A stretch of DNA of 64,000 nucleotides from Bilabrum cf. latius (Eukaryota). The notes under the pieces are model-generated. The model worked only from the letters and a program-made list of their open reading frames with translations. It was not told the origin of the DNA and made no database searches. Shown in pieces: positions 45,308-55,311 of this stretch (position 1 is its first letter; each line of letters begins with the position of its first letter). Position numbers and translations under genes: made by a program. The DNA lies in NCBI GenBank assembly GCA_965178125.1, contig OZ237750.1, positions 868,001 through 932,000 on the forward strand, read 5' to 3'.

Positions 45308-46072
45308 CTGAAAGATAGAAGTAAGTTGAAACATATATTATGGTGGTTGTGCTGGGCATCGTCTGCCGCTTTTCGCGGTAGCAATCCAGTGTTCTTGTAC
45401 TGGCCTGCAGTATGAATCCACAATTCTTGTCGATGTCGCCAGCCACCCGATTGCACAAGCCGTCAAAATATGATGATATTAACCAATATTGCTAGAATAC
45501 TTATCTCACTTGCATCTGGCCCGTTTAGCTGTCGAGGTGCACTACCTGGCTGCGATGTATGGTTGAGAGCCGCTACTTGGTGCTCCTCATCGCTAGCAAT
45601 CATCGAAATTTGAGCCAATCGCGCAATAGATAATGATTATGACTCACGTTTACTGAACGTTGAATGCCACATTGATCAGTCGCTTGTGGTAGCATCTATC
45701 CGACATGCTCCTAGTGGTCGGTGGGAGGCACACGCAGCTGGCCTGTCTGCTGCTGTGAATCGGACTGTCCTTCAGACGCTGGTCCGTCAAGCTTAGAAAG
45801 TGGGACGACTGGGTGTATACAAGCGCGGCACGATGTGCAACTTCCCATCTGTTTGGCTTGGAAAGTTGCCTGCTTAGTGCACGGCAGCGCCGCAGCGGGA
45901 CGCGTGTACTGAAGGCGAAGTTCGCTGCAGTGCCGAACTTGAATGCAAAAAATGAAGATGATCGTCGATCTAGGTATAACCTATAAACTTTGTGCGGTGC
46001 ACGATGACCTGATGCAACATGCAATAATCAAGACAAGACGAAGCCTATCACAGCTACCGGTCAACATGGACA

Positions 46073-48484
46073 TTACCCGATAGTGCGCTCGTCCTCGATC
46101 TGGCTCCACGCCACGCTCTCGACGTCCCCGCCGATGCCCCCTAGCAGGCTCGACAGCCTGCCTCTCCGCTCCGGTGCGAAGCCCCCGGCCCCAACAGAGG
46201 CCCTCTCCTCCCTCTCCACCCTTTTGGCGTACTCCAGGATGCTGGCCAGTCCCTCGGGAGAGATGCCCTCCGTGCGCGTGTATATGTGCGAGCCGCCGTC
46301 ACTGGGCTGACTGCTGCGCCGGGCGTGCACGTGAAGAGGGTGCGGCCTCCTGGAGCGGGGCGTGTGCACCCCAGGAAACTCATCTGAGTACGCTCTAGGC
46401 TCTTGCCTCGGCCCACTGGCACTGATTGCGCCGCGAATGACCCCCCGGGGAGATGGAGCGTCCTCGGTGTGGTGCCTGCCAGCAGCCTGAGAGCCCTGCA
46501 GCTTGCCAGTCACTGAGATGGTCCTAGGAACGCTAGGACCGGCCATTCCTAGCAGTTGGCCTACCTGCACTGTGTTTGAGTGCCTAATCACTCCGGATGG
46601 GGCTCGCTCTGCTGCTGGGCCTGCGCCCGCTAACCTCCTTCTTCTTCCATCAGCAAGCGGGGCATGGGGTCCGCCGCGACGCATCGAGCCCGATCTGGCG
46701 CCACTCGCTGCGAGTCTATGTACTACGGAGTGTTTCATCATGACGTGGTCTCTGAGTGGCAGCGGCAGCGGCGGCACGATCGGACGCGCCTGACCTTGAA
46801 CTGGCGATGCCGCCTGCCCTTGAATTGGCGATGCCGCCGCGTGCTGGCGCAGGGTGTGTGCCAGCTCACCGCTTCGTTTGCTGGTGGTGCGGGTGAGTGA
46901 TTTCTAGACCGGCTGGAGATGGATAGAGCCAGCCGTGGCCTCTCCTTCCGCCCTCTACCCGTGCTCTTCATGCTCCTGCTGCTCCTGACCCCCCTCGCTC
47001 TGCTCGTTGCTGGAGCTGTTCCGATCGAGGTCCATGTGGTCAGCCACTATGGATCGATGCGTCGAGTGGTGCTGCTCCGGCTGCATGTCTGCGTACAACT
47101 CACCTGCCCACCGGGATTGGTCCCCGCGTCTCCCTATACCGAACCACTTGGTGCGTCCATGTCGCACCCTCGCGACCTGAACCCCCCGCACGTGCCCACC
47201 CCTGGGGTCTCGCCGGGCTGGGCTCAGCAACCCGCCGGTTGGAGAGTCGTCGTCGTGGTAGTCCATCCGTGAGATAGAATCAGCATCGCTGAGGCGTGCA
47301 CGAGATCGAACCGCTTGCCCGTCCGGACCAGAGCCCCCGCCCTTCAAGTTGCCCCCAGTTCGCGCACCATCATTGCTTCCCACTGCAGGCTAGGCGGCGA
47401 TGTGCTGCTCCAACTCCGGCTTTGGCACTGGTCCCACCTCTAGACTCATTGCGACAAATCCAGGAGCATCCATGGCAGAGCCATTCACGTCGGACTGGGA
47501 GGAGAGCATCATCAATCCCTTCAAGTTGCCCGCGCTGCCACTGGCGTTCGAGGTGGACAGGGGGGCAAGCTGCATGGACCTCTGGGAGACCTTGGCCCCC
47601 AGCGGTCCGCTGCTCGTGCAGTCCAGAGCCGCAGCAGCAGAAGTAGCCGAGCTGCCCTATGCTACTGCACAAACTCCGCCCATGGGCCCTGTAACTTTCA
47701 AGCGCTGCAGCTGTCTGCGCTTGTCAAGGTTGGGCACTGCCCCACCGGTGCATCCATTTGCTGGAGCACATTCTGGGATTCGCTGAACTGTTTCATGGCT
47801 CTTGGCCTGCAATTTTGCAGTATAATCCGGTGCTGCAGCTTGCTGCCCCCCTGGCTCTTGTTCTACGGCAGCATGCCAACCGCAAGTTGATGGAGTTGCA
47901 CGCGAGCAGTCCGCTCCGGTAGATTGCCCTGTCGGCGACACGTTGGCATTTCTATGCACGCAGGGTTGTGATAATGATCCGACTTTTGAACCTGCTGGAA
48001 CTTGGGTGCTATTGTAGAAGCATTGGGAAGTTGCAAGGGGTTGCCTGGCGGTGATGCGGAACGCACCTCAGGCTCATCAGGCATATCAAGCGACAGTAGA
48101 AGCCCCATTGGATGCAATAATTGCTCTCACTGGAGTTCACACTGTGATTTTTATCGTGGCATTGTAAAGCACTGTTATTTTGTGCCTGCAAATATGGTGA
48201 AGTGGGAGGCAGGTTGATTCTCAGAGAAAAATGCAACTCAACCAATCATTAAGACATGTAGTGGCAGCGCATCTCAGCTGCAAAACGGTATTTTCAAGGC
48301 TCACATCGGGGTAACAGTCTTCGCTTGCAATTCCTTGGCCTGCGCCGTGGGCACGTGCACCACATTCCGAGCCTCCAACGCCCAACTTGTACCCGGAGTT
48401 CGGTACGCCGCCGTCGTGCAGAATGTCAGGCATGGAAGGCTGCACTTGGCTACTTTGCGATTCATCCCCTAAACAATTTCCCAT
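46073..48484 (-). CDS. Orphan low-complexity protein B with the shared C-terminal motif; possible MGNC- lipidated N-terminus; 5' splicing unresolved
   Basis: Frame open from about 48067 to TAA 46073 except TAG at 47657, 47390, 46955 and 46904. Candidate first exon MGNCLGDES (ATG 48484) ends at a GTGAGC donor (48304). I could not close all splice phases by hand. Confidence 0.55.
46095..46294. repeat. 200-bp direct repeat, copy 1 (copy 2 at 48661-48860)
   Basis: Manual comparison shows 2 mismatches in 200 nt. Confidence 0.93.
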
Positions 48485-48632
48485 TTCGACTTCTGCCAAC
48501 ACGAAACAAGAAGCAAGTTGTGTGGGCTGCGGTGGCTAGCGGTGGTTGCGACCGCCCGTGAGGTTGATGATCGCAACCGGCAATCGATGGGTTGGTCGCA
48601 GAGAGTTGAATACGGTTACCAGTTTGCCACAA

Positions 48633-50190
48633 TCACATCGACCCAGAATCTACACCCTCTTCGATCTGGCTCCACGCCACACTCTCGACGTCCCCTCCGA
48701 TGCCCCCTAGCAGGCTCGACAGCCTGCCTCTCCGCTCCGGTGCGAAGCCCCCGGCCCCAACAGAGGCCCTCTCCTCCCTCTCCACCCTTTTGGCGTACTC
48801 CAGGATGCTGGCCAGTCCCTCGGGAGAGATGCCCTCCGTGCGCGTGTATATGTGCGAGCCCGACCCGCTCCCACTCCTGCTGCGCGTGTCCCAGCTCTCA
48901 ACGCGGCGTTCCCGCCGCACCGTTTGTCCCCCCGGGGCCCGCCCCTGCTGCGCGTGGGGGACCGGTGACTCCTTCTATCGCTGGACGGCTCTTCGGGCCC
49001 ACATCCGCCTCTCCAGGCTCGCTCCTGCGGGAGAACCCCTCGATCGAGTAGCCCCAGCCACAGACACAGACACGGCGTGTCTCACGGCAGAGGCACTGAC
49101 CCCCAGCGCGGCCTGGTGCTGGTGCAGCTGAACACTACCTGACTGCCCCCGATACGGACTAGCACCAGCTGGCATTTGGGTCAACACCATGGGTGCAGCG
49201 GGCAACGGCAATGGCAGCGCCCTCCTGCAGCCGAGGTCCCCTGTGCCGCTGGTGTCCTCACTAGATCCACTATCAGGTCCACCTGCATACTCCGAGTCAT
49301 TCCCACCTTCTTCTTCTGCTTCCTCTTCATCGTCCTCCTCATCCTGACGACCAAAACTGCAGCCAGCCTGTGCACTGCCGTTGCGCTGCATGCTACTAGT
49401 GCGGGTCTAATCAGCACTCTGCGGCCCTGCAGCACCAGTGGAGCGCGAGCTGCTCGTTCTGCTGCCCCTGCTGCTGCCCCTGCTGCTGCCTTCGCGATCC
49501 TGATGATCCTGCTCTTGTTCCTGCTCGTGCTCGTGCTCCTGGATGGGGTGCCATTTCGATGACAGCCGCTGGTTCCTTGCTGCAACTGTATCACTAGTGG
49601 GCTCTGGCGCCTCCTTGTGCTCACGCGCATTCGTCACATCGAAGGCCGTTTCGTCGCAAAGGCTCCTCGAGATTCGGCTCCCATAGTTACCTGAGCACCC
49701 AGTCAGCTTAGAGCTGCCTGTCATGCCCCTTGCAATGTCCCCCCCTTGGCTCAGCCCCGGCTCCAGGCTCTGCCAGTGCTGCAGGCTGCCAGTCTGGCGG
49801 TGCTGGGGCGTGCTCTGCATGCTGCGGGTGGCCGACATGCCCGCGCTCCCGCTAGCAGCCTATGACTCGCTGGAGGAGAAGTGTCTGGCACAACCCGCTG
49901 TTTCGGGGCCACATCCACCAGGGGATAGAAACATCTGCCGCGTTAAGCTGCCAAGAGAGCGCTTGCTTGAGGCAGATGAGCCCCGAGAACTCATCTGGAA
50001 GCTGCCGCGCTCTGGCCTCGAATGGCGGGCCTCTTGAGCAGCTTCTAAACTTCGATGATGCGGTTGCGCCCTACGAATTTGCGCCGACGTGCTTGGCCCG
50101 GGTCGAAATTCGCCTTCAAGTTGCCCAGTCCTTTGATCGAAGCAGAAGCTCACTGCAGTTCCGTGGGTTTGCGGACATTCAGACAGGGTC
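48633..50190 (-). CDS. Orphan low-complexity protein C (terminal exon; 5' exons unresolved) with the shared C-terminal motif
   Basis: ORFs 49860, 49407, 48975 and 48633 share one frame and are joined by TAG at 49860, 49407 and 48975; TGA at 48633. Candidate acceptor ttgcAG at 50191-50193. Confidence 0.58.
48661..48860. repeat. 200-bp direct repeat, copy 2 (copy 1 at 46095-46294)
   Basis: Manual comparison shows 2 mismatches in 200 nt. Confidence 0.93.
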
Positions 50191-50736
50191 CTGCAATAGA
50201 CTTCCTTGCAGTGCGCATTCCATCAATACCACCAACTTACCATGCTACTTGGAGCAATCAGCTCCTGGGTTGCAATCACCTGTTGATTTAGACTGCAAAT
50301 ACGGAGGAACGCGGTATCAATCACGGGCCAGTCAAAAAATAGAAGGAGAAGTATAAGTGAAGCATAGACTAAGCTCAACCTTGCCGAATTCAAATCGACT
50401 GAAATTATACATTTGATACCAATAATTACCTAAATTCGCAGTAGATATTTAGGAAACAAGGTTTTATCCTTGCCTTACCGTACGAACAATCCCACGCTAC
50501 TATTCTTGTTCCTTTGGAACGTAAACTCCCATGTCAAGACGACCATCTTCGGTGTGTACTTGATGATGTACTGCGCTCGCACCACATGGCGAATTTCCCA
50601 TCGAGCTTAGGCCAAAAATGCCGCACTTCACCTCGGCACAATTATATTCCGAGTTGCTTTATCGAACGTTCGCTATTTCGCTCCTTTTTTTCCGAAGCCG
50701 TTGTTGAAGCAGTGTACATGGCAATCCAGTGCAGCG

Positions 50737-53025
50737 ATGGGAGCTGCTTGCTGCTGTGAATGTTGTGATCCATCTCCAATGGCGTGGACACCGCTGACTA
50801 CTCCCGGATCTTCGGCTGAAATCGACCAATTTGGAGCGCAGAACTTTGTAACAGCGCTGCGTTGGATCGCCGGGGAGCTGAAGAAGAAGCAAGGGCTCTC
50901 CACGATAAAGCCCGACGAAACGGCTGAAGAAATGGCGAAGCGTCTCAGGGGAGACAAGATTCTTAGGCGGCACATATCGCTGCAGCTGGCAGACGGAACC
51001 GAGTTGACCCGAGCGGCCGCCCCTGAGGATCTTCTCAAGGCCTCGGCTCGTCTAGCCGGTGCTAGAAACGACATACCACTAACAGTTTTCAACACGTTAT
51101 TGCGAGACGAGGTGATTCGTCTCGGCATAGCCACCGTGTTGTGGAACCGTCGGCAGCTGCGGGCCAGCAGCGGCAAGACCTTTGCGGGCCAGATCGACGT
51201 GCGCTCCATCGCCACAGCAGACCCTCCAATGGAAGTTTGGCGGCTAAAGTACTTGGTGCGCAGCTTTGCGCAGGTGAACCAGTCTGGGAGCGGCGAGGCT
51301 AGCCTGTTCGAGCTGGACTACTGGCTCTCCGAGGTGCTCACCGGGATGCACGGCATGGCGCTGACCATCTGCTCCTCTCTGCTCGCGGCCATCGCGCAGG
51401 GGAAAACGAGGCACAGGCTTAACGTCAGGGAGTTCGTCCGCGGCATCGAGCTGCTGTGCACGAGCACGGACGAGGACCTGCTCCGCTTCACCTTTATGGA
51501 GATGAGCACCGTGGGAGACTACGCGAGGGGCAGGGCCAGGCCGGTGGTGCACGAGGGAGCAGTGCAGCGCAAGCGGAGCAGGGCGGTGGAGAAGGCGGGC
51601 AGGCACCTCGTGGACTCGGGGCTGCCGGCAGCTGCTCGCAAAGAGGTCGCAACTAGGATCAGGGACCAGCAGCTCTACCCCAGCCTGGACGGTGCCGGTG
51701 CCGGGGGGGCTGCGGCCCCTGGGGGCGCGGGGGGCCGCCGGGGCTCTGCCACTGGCCCCATGCAGCTGGAGGGGCCACAGCCCTACCTGGCCGTGTACGA
51801 GGTGCAGCGAAGGTGGGAGGATCTGTCGGCAGCGGAGCAGGACTCGGCCCACCCCATGGCGCCCATGCTGCAGGAGCTGCGGAGGGCCGCCCAGCAGCAG
51901 TCCAACCTGCCGGCGGGGCCCGCTCGTGCGAGGGCAGAGGCGCGGTTCCAGGCGGCCGTGGGCTGCGGGGATGTCGTGGGCCAGCGCGCGGGGGCGGGTG
52001 CCAAGGGGATGGACGGGAAGCGGCGCAGGAAGGGCGGGCCCAAGGAGGGAAGGGGTTCCGCTTGGGGCAGCAGGAAGGGGTCTCCGTCCCACGTGGGGGC
52101 TTGGTGGGAGCTGATCCACTGGGGGCTGTTCCGAGAGGTATTCCGCCGGAGCGAGATGATCCGCTTCCCGCTTGTGTGGCTCCGTGACACGCTCCGTGGG
52201 GCCACCTTCGGGGGTGCCTACTGGGACAAGAGAAGGGAGGAGATGGACGCGGCGCTGGCCGCTCGAATCGTGGAGAAGGGCAGTGGCAAGGGCCTCTAGA
52301 GCGGGGAGTCGGATGCGGGCAAGGGCAGGGGGATGCCTTCGAGCCAGCGACAGGTCAGTCCCACCGAGCCCGGGGGGTTCACAGTCACCGCGATCGCGGC
52401 CCTTCCGGCAGGCGGCAAGAAAACCAGGGGCGGCAAGGTGCACCCGTGGATGACGCCCTGGGAGCGCTTCTACAGGGGGGCCTCGGCCTGGAGGCACCGG
52501 TGGAAGCAAGCGGTGCAGGCGATGCGAGCCTCGGTGGGCACAGGGGGCACAGGGAGCGCCGCCACAAGCGGGGGGGCCGGGGAGGCAGGGGCGTTGCACG
52601 AGCCCAAGCTGCCCCCTGTGGTCCCCGTGGAGTGGCTGCGCGCCCGCGCCTCGCCCTCGGAGCTCCGGCGGCTGGCCGAGGCAAAGAGGCAGCATCCGTC
52701 GGTGCGCGGGAGGCGCAGCGGTGCGGGCGCAGCGGGCGCAGCGGACTCTGAGGCGGAGGACACGGGCTCGGAGATCACGGAGGATGGGATGGAGAGCAGC
52801 AGCAGCGACGAGGACGATGGGCACGAGGACGCGGGGAAGGGCAAGGGCAAGGGGGGCGTGCACTTGGCCTCAGGGGAGGGCGGCGGTGGGGCTGACTTCG
52901 GCAAAGGAGGGGCTGACTTCGGCAAAGGAGGGGCTGACTTTGGCAAAGGAGGGGCTGACTTCGGCAAAGGAGGGGCTGACTTTGGCAAAGGAGGCGGGGC
53001 GGGCGGTGCGGCTGCGTATGCGTGA
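50737..53025 (+). CDS. Putative N-myristoylated/palmitoylated protein with degenerate EF-hands (calcineurin-B/NCS-like region), about 762 aa
   Basis: Start MGAACCCECC. EF-hand-like segments FAQVNQSGSGEASLFEL and LNVREFVRGIELLC...LLRFTF. ORFs 50701 and 52333 are in frame and joined by TAG 52297; ends at TGA. Confidence 0.62.
52888..52992 (+). repeat. 21-bp coding tandem repeat x5 (GADFGKG)
   Basis: ggggctgactt(c/t)ggcaaagga repeated five times. Confidence 0.95.
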
Positions 53026-53122
53026 CTGCATGCCTGGATCCCATGTGTGCTGAGCTGGGCGAGCGCCTGCAATGTGTTGAGTGGTGAGTATATACTATGG
53101 ATCTGCTGAGTCCGTCCGCCAG

Positions 53123-55051
53123 TCAGTCTTCGCTACCTGCCTCCTCAAGCGGACAGTGCAACCACTGCAGCTCCAGCGGCCACGCAGCATTGACCCCGCT
53201 ACTACACCGGGGGTGGGCCAGCACCCACTCCAGCTCTGCCTGGCCCCAGCTGACGAGGCCGCCGATCCGGAGCCCTGCGTGCAACTGCTCGTTGCCTAGC
53301 CCAAAGCTGCCGTCAGCATTCACTGTCCCACTCATCCCGAGCGAGATTCCGAGCCCGAGACCCCCGCCCAAGGCCTCAGCACCTCTTGATGCTGGTTGAG
53401 TGCCTCCCCGTGCCTCGTCTCGCGCACCACCGGGTGGCGCCCTGTCAGCCGTGCTGACCCTAACCCTGAACCTGCTCTGCAGCAGCCAAAGGAAAGGATC
53501 TGCAGCGCTACAAGCCTGCGTCAGCTGTATCTCCCACACGGTGGCTCGATCTCCTGCTTTATCAGCATCCCCTTGCCTCTGCAGGCCTAGGATGGCCCAC
53601 ACCACCTGCAGCTAGTCCGGCCGCAGCACTGCCTCCAGCCGCTCGATCATTTTGGGTGTCAGCTGCGAGGGAATGTCCACCCGGAACACCACCTCGAGAT
53701 CGCCCATGGGCCGCTCGTCTCCGGCAGATGCATTGAACTGCGGCGGAGGCGGGCGGTTCGCTGCCTTGGCCGCAGCCGCCTCCATCTCCTGCTTCTGCTG
53801 CAGGGCTTCTGGTGACAGAGGCAGCCCGCCCCTCGGTACCGTGACGATCTGCCCGCTGAACGTGATGCCAGCCCTCCGAATAGGCACGCGCGTGCCGTTC
53901 AGTAGCGTGAGCGAGCGGTTGAAGCCGCTCAGAGCTTCGACCAGCCCGATCGTCGCTTGGAACTGCAGGTTGGCAGGCGTGTGCGGGTTCCACCCGAACC
54001 TGTCGTGCGGCAGCCGGTGCACGACCACGATCGCATCCCCGTTCTTCATGCCCAGTTCCTGGTGGCCTTGGCCTTCCAACGGGTGCGTGTATCCGTGAAG
54101 CGCCCCTGCTGGGACCACGAACGGCAGCGACGCCTCCTGTTCCACCGTGCCCGTCCCGTGGCAGTGCTCGCACGGCTCTGACCACACGAATCCCCGCGCC
54201 CCGCAGCGGGGGCACGGCCGCCTCTCTGCATGCTCGTAGGGCTTCTTCGGGCGCTCTGTGGTCACGCAGGAGCGCGAGCCAGCGGCACGGTCTTCTTCTT
54301 CTTCCTCCTCTGCCCCCCCCTCTTCCTCTGCGTGGCCCGGATGGGAGTGGGCTTCCTTGCAGCTGTGGGCGGCTTGCTGGCTGAACACCGAGTCCTCCAC
54401 CTTGCGGTCTTGCATCAGGTACCAGGCAAGCCCGCTTCCCCCGCAGCGAGAACACACGTGGACATGGTCGGGAGACAGGGCCCCGAGGCCGCTGCATTCA
54501 GCGCAAAGCTGCTGCCGCTTGAACTGCACTTGACGCATTTGCGGCTGCTACAGCTCTTCCAAGGTCAGCTCCAGCACAGCTAGCACCGATCCGGCTTTGT
54601 CAGCCTTCGGTGGAGTGTGGTACAGCTCGAATGCGCCGAACGAGAGTCGTGCCACCATGCTGAAATGTTGCAAGCCCAAGTCAGGCACGACTGATCCGGA
54701 CTGCGATCCCGGTCCTGCCGACTGCGTGCTACCACCGCCCGTCCAAGCCGAATGCCCCATTTCATCGTAACTCGCCTTCTTATCTGCATCGCCCAGAACC
54801 TCGTACGCGGCCTGGATTCGGAGGAACTAGTCGGCCAATTCCTGGCTTGAATTGCTGCCCAGCTTGTCCGGATGTAACTCGAGCATGAGCTTGCGATACG
54901 CTCGCTTGATAGCCCTAGCATTGGACTTTTCTGGAATTCCTAGTTCTTGGTAGAACGTCAACGCCCCAGCGAACGATACGAGCAAAGCCAATGCCAACGC
55001 TACCGAGAAAACCAGGGCCCAACGAACCGCGGGCATCTTGCGCACAGGCAT
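53123..55051 (-). CDS. ER-targeted type I DnaJ/Hsp40 (Scj1/ERdj3-like), up to about 642 aa
   Basis: Signal peptide, J domain with HPD (LHPDK...AYEVLGD..K...YD), four CxxCxGxG-type zinc motifs (CAECSGLG, CSRCGGSG, CPRCGARG, CEHCHGTG) and DnaJ C-terminal domain. TAG at 54827, 54548 and 53612; TGA at 53123. Confidence 0.85.
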
Positions 55052-55311
55052 GATGCGCACTGGGCAGCCAAGACAATATACGATGGTTATTATCTGGAGA
55101 TTATTATCATTTTTGGGGATCCCTTGGTCGCGTAGTGTAACCAAGTGATTACGTCCGCAGACTGGTTGGCTCCGAGTTTCGTCCGGGCGCCTGCCCAGCC
55201 TGTGTGTGGAAAGGTGTGTGTGCGGTGGTGTTGGGCACACCAGTAACAAGAGGCTACAGATTGAATAGAATTGAATCTTCCGTGGCTACAGATGCGCAAA
55301 GCCCCGCCCCG

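Noticed and set aside
47960-48304. A specific multi-exon model for the 5' end of orphan gene B
   Set aside because: Candidate donors (48304, 48066) and acceptors (48186, 47992) did not give a stop-free join in manual phase checks; left unresolved.
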